DNA of 64,000 nucleotides from Minisyncoccota bacterium (lineage in GTDB: Bacteria; Patescibacteriota; Minisyncoccia; Phycocordibacterales; UBA918). The DNA lies in the NCBI GenBank assembly GCA_041389025.1, contig JAWKSP010000001.1:414663-478662 (forward strand), read 5' to 3'. Shown piece by piece: positions 10,289-18,671 of this stretch. The number at the start of each line of letters is the position of its first letter. Within the stretch, counting starts at the first letter, position 1. A program made the translations under genes and the position numbers. The notes under the pieces were generated by a model, which was not told the origin of the DNA, ran no database searches, and saw only the letters and a list, made by a program, of their open reading frames with translations.

Positions 10289-10930
10289 ATGAGTCTGAAA
10301 AAACTTTTCTTAACTCTCTTTTTGCTTGTGACACTAATGCCGGTTACTGCCATTGCTGTGCCTTTTATGGAAATCACTGGCGGAACACCTAAGGTGTTCA
10401 CTAACAGTGATTTTGAACAAATACCGGAAGGGGAAACTCGGGTTGGAACAGTTGCCTCGATTGGAAATTTCGTTAATTTAGAAATTCCAATTTACACTGA
10501 TGTGTTTACTAAAGTCTTTTACTCAAAAGGTGTAGACGGCAACTTTTTGGAAGGAGGTACAGAATTACAACTCGTAACGTCTGGACTGCAAACACTGTTG
10601 TCCAGTTCGAGTGATTCGGGAGGAGTTTCGTACTTGTCTGCTGGAACTAACTTGTTTATGCAACAGGTTGACTATGGTGTTGGCGGCGGTTCGTTTGCGT
10701 CAGGATTCATTGGGAATAACGTAATATCTTCCACGATGGAGATTATTCCTTTGAATGAACAGGTGCTAGCTTTTTTGATTGACATTGATGGTCAAAAGGG
10801 AGACGATGGCTTGAATTTTTTTATTTCAGCTCATCCGATACCAGAGCAAGAAAAGGTGTTTGAACCAACTATGCTTTCATTGTTGAGTATCGGACTGCTC
10901 GGGATGGTTTTTACTAAAAGATTAACCTAA
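10289..10930 (+). CDS. Secreted protein with PEP-CTERM-like C-terminal sorting signal (FEPTM + hydrophobic + KRLT)
   Basis: GGAGG RBS 5 nt before ATG at 10289; signal peptide MSLKKLFLTLFLLVTLMPVTAIA; Gly-rich segments; C-terminal TM followed by basic tail. Confidence 0.6.
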   Translation: MSLKKLFLTLFLLVTLMPVTAIAVPFMEITGGTPKVFTNSDFEQIPEGETRVGTVASIGNFVNLEIPIYTDVFTKVFYSKGVDGNFLEGGTELQLVTSGLQTLLSSSSDSGGVSYLSAGTNLFMQQVDYGVGGGSFASGFIGNNVISSTMEIIPLNEQVLAFLIDIDGQKGDDGLNFFISAHPIPEQEKVFEPTMLSLLSIGLLGMVFTKRLT

Positions 10931-10940
10931 AAAAGATACA

Positions 10941-10991
10941 AAAAGCCGTGGGTGTTCTGTTTTAATACAGTATCGTACACCCACGGCTTTT
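10941..10991 (+). terminator. 15-bp stem hairpin with T tract
   Basis: aaaagccgtgggtgt ... acacccacggctttt. Confidence 0.55.
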
Positions 10992-11199
10992 AACTTTCTC
11001 TAAAAAACAGAACACAAAGCATGAATACGGCTAAAAATAAAGTAGAAAAGAGAAAAAGTTAAAGTGTTACATAAAAACTATTGCGTTTTTTTTAAAATCA
11101 TGGTATAAGGTTTGTGGTCTGGTTATTCTCTAACCGCCCCAGCTCGTTGTGTGAGCTGGTCGCTATTCTTACAATAAATAACCTTAAAAGGAGGCTTCG

Positions 11200-11844
11200 A
11201 TGAAGTCGATAAAGTTTTTTGCAGTACTATTTATATTTTTTTTCGGTATTGGGTCGGCCAAAGCCGACCTGCTACTTACAGGTGGTTTTCTTGAGCCGGA
11301 TGGCTCAAGAACTATAAAAGGGGGGTCTTCTGGTGGCATTTTGTCCGACACATTAGGAGAGGAAATCTACATTACCACCGTAGCGGAGAATTTCTCCAGC
11401 TGGATAACGCCGCCAGTATTGAACGTTTCTCTTATACAGAGCAACAACTTGATTTATTCGTCCACTGGGATAAACAATGGAAATTTATTCAGTCCACTAG
11501 CTTCAACGGTGGATGTTGGTGACGTTTTTAAATTCACCGTCACTGATATTCTGAACAAATTTGAATATTGGGGAAACGCTCACTTCGGAGCGTTTGGTTT
11601 GGGTTGTCGGTTTGGTGGATGTGGTGATTTTACTGCAAATTTGCTGCAGGTATCACAAAGTCTTATCCACAGCAAAGTTTTTTATCAAGGACAATTACTT
11701 TGGGCGCATGACTTTTCAACCGGACCGACTGGGGTTGTCAGCGAAACACCGATGCTACCAATGTTAGTACTTGGCTTGATGGCGATGATCTGGAGTTTTC
11801 GCCGGAGTTATATAGATTCCGGTGGGAATCGCTTAACCACTTAA
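11200..11844 (+). CDS. Secreted protein, paralog of 10289-10930, with PEP-CTERM-like C-terminus (SETPM + hydrophobic + RR)
   Basis: AAGGAGG RBS; signal peptide MKSIKFFAVLFIFFFGIGSAKA; GGSSGG segment; C-terminal TM+basic. Confidence 0.6.
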   Translation: MKSIKFFAVLFIFFFGIGSAKADLLLTGGFLEPDGSRTIKGGSSGGILSDTLGEEIYITTVAENFSSWITPPVLNVSLIQSNNLIYSSTGINNGNLFSPLASTVDVGDVFKFTVTDILNKFEYWGNAHFGAFGLGCRFGGCGDFTANLLQVSQSLIHSKVFYQGQLLWAHDFSTGPTGVVSETPMLPMLVLGLMAMIWSFRRSYIDSGGNRLTT

Positions 11845-12004
11845 ATATCGAAAAACAAAAGTCTCGTTTCTTAATCAAGAATTGATCTAATTATATAATT
11901 TTTTATTTCAACTTGTTTAAGGAAACGAGGCTTTTTTGTATTTACTTTTTAAGTAATAACACTTTTGGTGTTATACTTAGCTGTCTAAATATTTTAAATA
12001 CATT

Positions 12005-13219
12005 ATGCCAAAAATCGGTAAAGAAAAACCCAAGTCAATAGCAAAAACAAAAGTAAAATCTCTAAAAACTAAAACCGTTAAAAAGCCTGACTACAACCGC
12101 CTAGCTTTAGTGAGGCATAAAAAAATGAAAGGAAAGTTAACAGTAGAGAGTAAGGGTGAGTTGGTGACTAAAGAAGATTGGAGCACTATGTATACTCCTG
12201 GAGTCGGAGCTGTATCGGCCTATTTGGCAAAAAATCCTAAAGAAACTCGTAATTATACTATCAAAAGAAATACAGTAGCTGTAATTTCTGATGGATCAGC
12301 GGTCTTGGGACTTGGAAATATTGGTCCTTTAGCAGCTTTGCCAGTGATGGAAGGAAAATGTGCAATCTTTAAGGAAATGGCTGGAGTGGATGCTTTTCCA
12401 ATTGTTTTAAATACCCAAAATCCTGATGAAATTATTTCTATAGTGAAAGCAATTGCTCCGACTTTTGGTGGGATTAACCTAGAGGACATTGCGGCGCCAA
12501 AATGTTTTTATGTTGAAGAGAAACTGAAAGCTGAGCTTGATATACCGGTAATGCATGATGACCAGCATGGTACGGCGATTGTGATTTTGGCTGGGCTAAT
12601 AAATGCAACCAAAGTAGTGAAGAAAAAACTGGAGAGTTTGAAGGTGGTGATAGTGGGGGCGGGTGCAGCTGGTCGAGCGACAGCCTTTCTTCTTAAAGAA
12701 GCAGGAATAGAAAATATCATTATTACTGATTCTAAAGGAATTATTTATAAAGGTAGACGAGGCCTAGACGGATACAAGTTACATTTATCACAGGTGACTA
12801 ATCCTACACGAGTAGAAGGAGATGTAATGGCCGCGGTAACGGGGGCTGATGTTTTGATTGGGGTGTCAGGACCAGGGACGATTGCTCGGGCTCATATTGA
12901 AGCGATGAACGAAAAAGCTGTAGTATTTGCGATGGCTAATCCAATCCCTGAGATTATGCCGGAAGACGCTAAGCAGGCAGGAGCGATGGTGGTGGCTACC
13001 GGCCGATCAGATTTTTTGAATCAAGTTAATAATGCTTTAGTCTTCCCAGGGATTTTTCGTGGAGCCTTGGATAACGGAGTAAAAGAAATTACTGATAAGA
13101 TGAAACTGCTGGCGGCCAAAAAAATAGCCGGATTAATTAAAAAACCAACGCCGGAAGAAATTATTCCGTCGGTGATGAATAAAGATTTAGTGAAGGTGGT
13201 GGCTGGTGCGGTTAGGTAG
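12005..13219 (+). CDS. NAD(P)-dependent malic enzyme (malate dehydrogenase, oxaloacetate-decarboxylating), small bacterial form; alternative start 12125
   Basis: Malic enzyme N-terminal domain (YTPGVG, GLGNIGP), NAD-binding VIVGAGAAG; lysine-rich N-terminal extension. Confidence 0.85.
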   Translation: MPKIGKEKPKSIAKTKVKSLKTKTVKKPDYNRLALVRHKKMKGKLTVESKGELVTKEDWSTMYTPGVGAVSAYLAKNPKETRNYTIKRNTVAVISDGSAVLGLGNIGPLAALPVMEGKCAIFKEMAGVDAFPIVLNTQNPDEIISIVKAIAPTFGGINLEDIAAPKCFYVEEKLKAELDIPVMHDDQHGTAIVILAGLINATKVVKKKLESLKVVIVGAGAAGRATAFLLKEAGIENIIITDSKGIIYKGRRGLDGYKLHLSQVTNPTRVEGDVMAAVTGADVLIGVSGPGTIARAHIEAMNEKAVVFAMANPIPEIMPEDAKQAGAMVVATGRSDFLNQVNNALVFPGIFRGALDNGVKEITDKMKLLAAKKIAGLIKKPTPEEIIPSVMNKDLVKVVAGAVR

Positions 13220-13247
13220 TTTTAGGGTGGTGAGTGGGGTAAGGAAA

Positions 13248-13282
13248 CGGGCGGAAACCGAAGGTTTCCGCCCTATTTTTTT
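13248..13282 (+). terminator. Rho-independent terminator after malic enzyme
   Basis: cgggcggaaacc-gaa-ggtttccgccc + T8. Confidence 0.75.
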
Positions 13283-13327
13283 AAAAATAAAACCACTAAT
13301 TTAATAAATAAGCGGTAAAAAGTTATT

Positions 13328-13675
13328 TTACTTACCAAATTCATGTTCTATTAAATTACAAAAAAAGATATGACAATCATATGTCCATATTTCGGCCGAG
13401 GTTTCTTTTAATGAATATAAAGCTAGAGATTGAGTATCTTCACCTTCTAGCTCTTGAATTACTTTTAACAAAATTTTTTGCCAAAAATAAATCAGGTTGT
13501 CATGATTGTGACGGCCATTGATAGTTATTTCTCCAATATGAGTATTGTCTAATAAAACATTATTTTCTTGAATTTGTAACAATCCACCGTAATAAGTAGC
13601 AATAGCGTTTAAGAGATAGATGACTTCATTTTTTGTAATTCTACCATTTTGCATTGTATTCTCCCCGAAGATCAA
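13328..13675 (-). CDS. Hypothetical protein (115 aa), AT-rich orphan
   Basis: ORF bracketed by two terminator hairpins sharing ggaaacc/ggtttcc core. Confidence 0.4.
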   Translation of the reverse strand: MIFGENTMQNGRITKNEVIYLLNAIATYYGGLLQIQENNVLLDNTHIGEITINGRHNHDNLIYFWQKILLKVIQELEGEDTQSLALYSLKETSAEIWTYDCHIFFCNLIEHEFGK

Positions 13676-13765
13676 AAGATTAAGACCTAATTCCTAAATT
13701 TAATTCTTATAAATTTTGACCTAAAAGTCAATATTTTGTTGTGGTTTTTTGGTGAGAGGAGATGG

Positions 13766-13808
13766 AAAAAGTGAGTGGAAACCAAAGGTTTCCACTCACT
13801 TTTTCTTT
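13766..13808. terminator. Bidirectional terminator hairpin
   Basis: aaaaagtgagtggaaacc-aaa-ggtttccactcacttttt. Confidence 0.7.
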
Positions 13809-13817
13809 ATTAATAAA

Positions 13818-14756
13818 TTAATTGTCAAGTTTACCTAATATCATTTCTTGTTCATTTCCAGAAAGTAGAGCACCGGTTTCGGTTTCAGAAAAAGTTGTCA
13901 TTTGTGTGATTAGGCTAGCGAAATTTTGTTCTTTTTTATTTAGTTCATCGGTACAAAGCTTTTTGGTACTGACAGGTTCTGAAAAAATAAGAGTTGTTCG
14001 TTCAGTTGAGAAATCACCACTAATGTTATTGCAACCAAAATCCATCAAATAACGTCCTTCAGAAAAAGTTAAAGTACCGTCTTGATAATTCCAGCTGGTG
14101 CCTTCAGGACTGTAGCGCAGTAAAGGTATGGTGGTTTCGGTGAGTTCATTTTCATTTGTTTTTTCTCTAACTGGTGTAGCTGACATCACTTTCACTAATT
14201 CATATTCGTAGCGACTGGCATCAGCGGGTGGATTATCTCTTTCTGTGCGTGCTACCTCTATTTTATATTCAACTCCTTCTTCAAACCCAAACCCTTTTAT
14301 GTTGTCGTAGAAAAGTTCATTGTTTACCACTAAACATTCCATTGGGGCTACACCGGTGCAATCTCTTTTTTCAGCTGCTATATCCATGGTTATTATTTCA
14401 GCTTTGGTTAGTGTTGGGACTTGGTAGGTAAGTCCGGTCGCGTTGATGGTGGCTTCATCGTTATGTTCCCAAAAACTAACAGTCTTATCTTCACTTTCAT
14501 ATTTTGCTCCAGAACCTGTTTCCGCTCGAGTTAGATTATAGTCACGATTTCTTATATTTAAGATAGCTGTACTTTTGTCTTTGTCTGTATAAGTAAGAAT
14601 ACCTTTCCAGCCATCCTCAGTGGTGAAAGTATAACTTTCTTTATAAGTTTCACTGTCAGAAATTTTATTTTGTTGGTCGTTACTAATTCTTACAATAGTA
14701 AACAAAGCTAAGACAATTATTATTAAAATGATAGTAATTTTAGTTGTTCTAGTCAT
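13818..14756 (-). CDS. Membrane-anchored MliC (lysozyme inhibitor) / DUF4377 / META (HslJ-like) multidomain protein; ATG 14756 preferred over GTG 14789
   Basis: Signal anchor KITIILIIIVLALFTIV; MliC-like GSGAKYESEDKTVSFWEHNDEA; DUF4377-like CTGVAPMECLVV...GFGFEEGVEYKIEV; META-like FGCNNISGDFS. Confidence 0.55.
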   Translation of the reverse strand: MTRTTKITIILIIIVLALFTIVRISNDQQNKISDSETYKESYTFTTEDGWKGILTYTDKDKSTAILNIRNRDYNLTRAETGSGAKYESEDKTVSFWEHNDEATINATGLTYQVPTLTKAEIITMDIAAEKRDCTGVAPMECLVVNNELFYDNIKGFGFEEGVEYKIEVARTERDNPPADASRYEYELVKVMSATPVREKTNENELTETTIPLLRYSPEGTSWNYQDGTLTFSEGRYLMDFGCNNISGDFSTERTTLIFSEPVSTKKLCTDELNKKEQNFASLITQMTTFSETETGALLSGNEQEMILGKLDN

Positions 14757-15210
14757 ATTCTTGTCTTTTAGAAACTGGTAAATTTGCACTTATCTAAATT
14801 TATACATTAATTTAAGCAAAATACAAACTTTACTTTACATCTTCATCTAAGAAAATAACCACCTAAACGGTGGTGTTTTTTCAAAATTACTGTGCCGCGT
14901 TTTAATCCGATTACTTGATTCATTACATCTATAGTTTAGCTTAATCCCTGCCCTTTAGGGGATCGGGTCGCCCAATCTATATAACCACTTGGGTCATACC
15001 TATACTTTATTCTTACTGCGGGTGGTCTCGAGTTAGAACCGTGTGATGCCAAACCCTGCTTGACCGATTCAACGATATTTCAGACTAGTCCGATAGTGTC
15101 TCGAGCGCAAGTAAAAAGTGACAAAAGTGACAGTTTTTACAAAAAAATAATTATTTGTCACAGCCTTAAATTAATTGCCATATTCACTAGTTTTACATAT
15201 AATCACCAAA

Positions 15211-15843
15211 ATGAAGACAAAATATATAATCACAATTTTGATCCTGATAACAATAGGTATCTTGAGTGTTATTTCGTACAATAATCAAGATAAAGAAATA
15301 AATCATGTTTCACCATCAGAAATGGACAATAATACAAAACCTGACATAAATACAGATGAAGTGACTAAGCAGGATAATATTAAATACGAACCTCTGAAGT
15401 TTCCAGATAATAACCTAGATACGTCAGATTGGAAAACTTACCAAAACGAAGAATTTGGATTTGAGGTTAAGTATCCGAGTGATTGGGAGGTGGAAGTTTC
15501 TAAAAAAGATTTCTTAATAAGACCTATTACAAAAATAGATCCAAATGACGATGGTGGTGTTTATATATCAGTATCAGATTTATCGCTTAATGATTATGTT
15601 GAAAATAGAATTTCATCAGATGTTTCTTTAAAGGGTTGGGTTGTAAATAATAATATGCAGGGTGTTATTTTTAATTACAAACTAGGCGTATGGAGTGAGG
15701 GTCGTGGTTTAGACCAAAGAAAAGTACATCAAAGTTATCTTTTTGATCTGGGTAAGTATAGAATTAGTTTTTATGAACCATCAGATATCAAATATCGTAC
15801 AAAGGTATTAGAAAAAGTTGTATTATCATTGGTGTCATTGTAA
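15211..15843 (+). CDS. Hypothetical membrane-anchored protein
   Basis: N-terminal TM KYIITILILITIGILSVISY; TATAAT box 7 nt upstream of ATG 15211 (ORF track start 15175 is TTG). Confidence 0.5.
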   Translation: MKTKYIITILILITIGILSVISYNNQDKEINHVSPSEMDNNTKPDINTDEVTKQDNIKYEPLKFPDNNLDTSDWKTYQNEEFGFEVKYPSDWEVEVSKKDFLIRPITKIDPNDDGGVYISVSDLSLNDYVENRISSDVSLKGWVVNNNMQGVIFNYKLGVWSEGRGLDQRKVHQSYLFDLGKYRISFYEPSDIKYRTKVLEKVVLSLVSL

Positions 15844-15934
15844 ATAGATGTTTGCATGCTATTATGCAAAGGTCGATTGGTTGGCAATCGGCCTTGTTCT
15901 TTAAATACAATAAATAATTATTAGGAGAAAACTA

Positions 15935-17149
15935 ATGAGTTTAAGATTGTTTTTGTGTATTGTCACTTTACTGTTAAGTGTTAACGGTTTTGTTTATGCT
16001 GGATCATTTAAACAAATAAGTGATTCTGCGGGTCCTTTTGTTACACCTATAAGTGAGACTCAAACAAATTCATTATGTGGAAAGCCTAGGAGTGAAATAG
16101 ATCAGTATCATATGCAATATAATGCTGATTTTAGTAAATACCACATAGGTGAGGATATTAATGGACTGTGTGGAGGAAGTACTGACAAAGATTATCCTTT
16201 GCTGGCGATTGCGGATGGTAAGGTTGTATATTTAGATAAAACCGACAATGATGCGAAAGGAAAACAGTTATACGTACGTTATTCCTTTCCATATGCGTTT
16301 GGGATAAACGGAGTACAAACGTTTGATAGTGTCTATTTACACATAAATGATGTTAATTCATCAAAAGTGCAATGGTCAGGATCAGGTACAGGTAGTGAAG
16401 TATTTAAAGGTGATGTTATAGCATATCTTGGAGGTACAGGAGGATGGACTCCTCATTTGCATTGGGAAGCGCAGTGGGATGATAGTCTTTCTATTAATGA
16501 GAACTCCTACCAAAAACCATTATCTATAAAACATGCCCTGAAATATCGAGTACCGTCTATGATTGTGGATGACCGTAGAGACTTGAAAGGTTATCGTGTT
16601 CCTGATTCAGATAGCTGGTATTCATTTACTATGCAAGGTAATGCTCCATCGTCGACTGCATATATTATGCATAATGGTCAGCGTAAAAGTCTAAAAAAGG
16701 CAATTGCGGCAGGTTGGATACCGTCACAAGGTGTGTTGCATGAGAAAGATGGGACTTGGTATTACTATGGTGATGTTGATGCAAACTTTTTCTATGATGG
16801 GGAAAGGTACGCTATTAAAACCCTTGTTTCTGGTCCCACACACTATATCTCGGTTCCTAGAAATAACTTCCAGGAAGATCGCGCTAGGCTTGATATGTTA
16901 CATGCTGTCGAAAATGATTCTAGATTTGTGAATGTGCAAGTAGAAACATTTGATTCACAAATTCCATGGGATTCAAATTCAGCTTGGAATCTTCATTGGA
17001 TGAGGTTTGAATTGTCTGATGGTCGTACGGTATACGCAAATCAGGTGACAAATAGACTGTATCCGCTTTTACGGTGTACTGCTTATTATGATCCAGATAC
17101 AAGCAAGTGGACTAACTGGGATTGTATAGATAAAAATCGTTTGTATTAA
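15935..17149 (+). CDS. Secreted peptidase M23 (LytM/lysostaphin-like) family protein
   Basis: AGGAG RBS; signal peptide; M23 motifs HIGED (HxxxD) and HLH (HxH), Gly-rich GGTGGW before HxH. Confidence 0.6.
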   Translation: MSLRLFLCIVTLLLSVNGFVYAGSFKQISDSAGPFVTPISETQTNSLCGKPRSEIDQYHMQYNADFSKYHIGEDINGLCGGSTDKDYPLLAIADGKVVYLDKTDNDAKGKQLYVRYSFPYAFGINGVQTFDSVYLHINDVNSSKVQWSGSGTGSEVFKGDVIAYLGGTGGWTPHLHWEAQWDDSLSINENSYQKPLSIKHALKYRVPSMIVDDRRDLKGYRVPDSDSWYSFTMQGNAPSSTAYIMHNGQRKSLKKAIAAGWIPSQGVLHEKDGTWYYYGDVDANFFYDGERYAIKTLVSGPTHYISVPRNNFQEDRARLDMLHAVENDSRFVNVQVETFDSQIPWDSNSAWNLHWMRFELSDGRTVYANQVTNRLYPLLRCTAYYDPDTSKWTNWDCIDKNRLY

Positions 17150-17179
17150 ACTAACTAATTTCTTGAAAGGAGTGACATT

Positions 17180-17455
17180 ATGCGTTTTTCTTTTTTCCTC
17201 GTTCTACTTTTCCTGACGACAACTGTTACCGCAGCTGGTAATAGACCTGACAGATCTTATATACACGGACCAGTGATTTCAGATCGAACTTTTAACGATC
17301 CAATGGAATGCGAAGATCAGTTTCTTAATCGAGGACCACAGTTTTGTCGACCAGATCATCTTGTTCCAGAAATATATAACTATGAAGAAGTTATTGATGG
17401 ACGGGATAATAACAGATTCAAACATGATACTGATCAAGAAGTTCATGATCTTTAA
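17180..17455 (+). CDS. Small secreted protein (91 aa) with Cys pair
   Basis: AAGGAG RBS; signal peptide MRFSFFLVLLFLTTTVTAAG. Confidence 0.5.
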   Translation: MRFSFFLVLLFLTTTVTAAGNRPDRSYIHGPVISDRTFNDPMECEDQFLNRGPQFCRPDHLVPEIYNYEEVIDGRDNNRFKHDTDQEVHDL

Positions 17456-17483
17456 TCCTAATAATTCGTAAATTTATTAAATG

Positions 17484-17519
17484 AACCTTCCTGTACAAAG
17501 CCAGGAAGGTTGTTTTTTT
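17484..17519 (+). terminator. Rho-independent terminator
   Basis: aaccttcctg-tacaaagc-caggaaggtt + T8. Confidence 0.75.
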
Positions 17520-17610
17520 AATCTATAACCTACCAGTCCTATTCGTTATTAGTTCTAATTTACTTGAGATTTTTTCAAACCTCATCTATTAGGGCAAAAG
17601 TTAAAATTTG

Positions 17611-17697
17611 CGGAGACGCAGGGATTCGAACCCTGGAGGGTTTTAACACCCTACTTCGTTAGCAGTGAAGCGCTTTCGACCACTCAGCCACGTCTCC
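17611..17697 (-). tRNA. tRNA-Ser (anticodon GCU) with long variable arm
   Basis: GGAGACG acceptor, anticodon loop CTGCTAA, long variable arm GTAGGGTGTTAAAACCCTCC, T-arm GGTTCGAATCC. Confidence 0.85.
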
Positions 17698-17811
17698 TTA
17701 TATTTAATTATATTTTAGACATGGCTTCGTTCCACTCCCGATTATCTCGCTCTCGCATCGATAATTCGTTCTAGCAAACGAATGGATAAAATCTAAAGCA
17801 GTTTAGATTTT

Positions 17812-17823
17812 ATAGCCACGTCT
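17812..17823. repeat. 12-nt direct repeat of tRNA-Ser 5' end (agccacgtctcc), next to a 12-bp hairpin
   Basis: Identical to 17686-17697. Confidence 0.45.
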
Positions 17824-18008
17824 CCAATATTAAATTTTGTGCGTACGTTTGATTTTACTATACGTTCGACTTTGTTAAGTATAAAAGGCGGTAAGCCAGA
17901 TATACTTATGTGGCAGTAAGATAACATATTTTTTGAGGTAGGGCGAATGGTGGTTTGGGGTTGGCAAGGTGGGCAAAAGCTTTGCTTTTGCCCACCTTGC
18001 CATTTACC

Positions 18009-18620
18009 CTAATGTGCTATTGCTAGACACACTATTTTACAACCGGTTGGTAAGTGAGGAGTAAGTGCTTGTTTTCCTGCTTTTAGGGTGGCTCCGGTGG
18101 TCACTACATCATCTAGGAGGATGATTTTTTTGTACTTTACTAAATCCACACCGGCTTTTGGTGTGTAAGTGAAAACCTTGTCTAGATTTCTCAATCTCTC
18201 ATCACGGCTTAGTTTAGTTTGTGGAGTGGTGTCCCTTACTTTCTCCAGTAATTTGGCAGTAGTTACCTTTTCGCTTTCCAGTTTGTTCAATATATTTTGC
18301 ACCTGGTTATATCCACGTTCACGTCTTCTTTTTTTACTTAACGGGACAGGGATAAGCAGGACGTTTTCAGATTGGTCTTTAAGCCAGTTGGTCAAAAGAC
18401 TACTTAATAATACAGATGCTTGGTTACTATTGTGAAATTTGTTGGCGGTCACCGCGGATTTTATTTTTTTGATTTTATAATTTGACAAAAACACACAACC
18501 GGAAAATTTTTGTGCTGAATAAAATCTAAGAATAGTTTGTGGTGTTTCTTTTTCTATATTTTTAACACATTCCGGTCTCGGTAGTACACTGTCTAAAAGT
18601 TGTGAAAAAATATCCAACAT
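18009..18620 (-). CDS. comFC: ComF-family phosphoribosyltransferase-like competence protein
   Basis: PRTase motif ILLDDVVTTGATL near C-terminus, size ~200 aa, divergent from pilus operon. Confidence 0.7.
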   Translation of the reverse strand: MLDIFSQLLDSVLPRPECVKNIEKETPQTILRFYSAQKFSGCVFLSNYKIKKIKSAVTANKFHNSNQASVLLSSLLTNWLKDQSENVLLIPVPLSKKRRRERGYNQVQNILNKLESEKVTTAKLLEKVRDTTPQTKLSRDERLRNLDKVFTYTPKAGVDLVKYKKIILLDDVVTTGATLKAGKQALTPHLPTGCKIVCLAIAH

Positions 18621-18671
18621 CAGACTCTAGTATAACGCACAAGCATGATAGAATATAAAAGATAAATTTGC

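Noticed and set aside
12253-12720. Two minus-strand ORFs (78 and 70 aa) inside the malic enzyme gene
   Set aside because: Antisense to a confidently identified enzyme gene.
14881-15110. Possible tmRNA/SRP/RNase P RNA in the 14.8-15.2 kb intergenic region
   Set aside because: Could not find the conserved cores by eye (tmRNA tag-reading frame and TΨC-like 3' end, SRP domain IV GGAAG..AGCAG motif, RNase P P4 elements); left only as a low-interest sRNA candidate.
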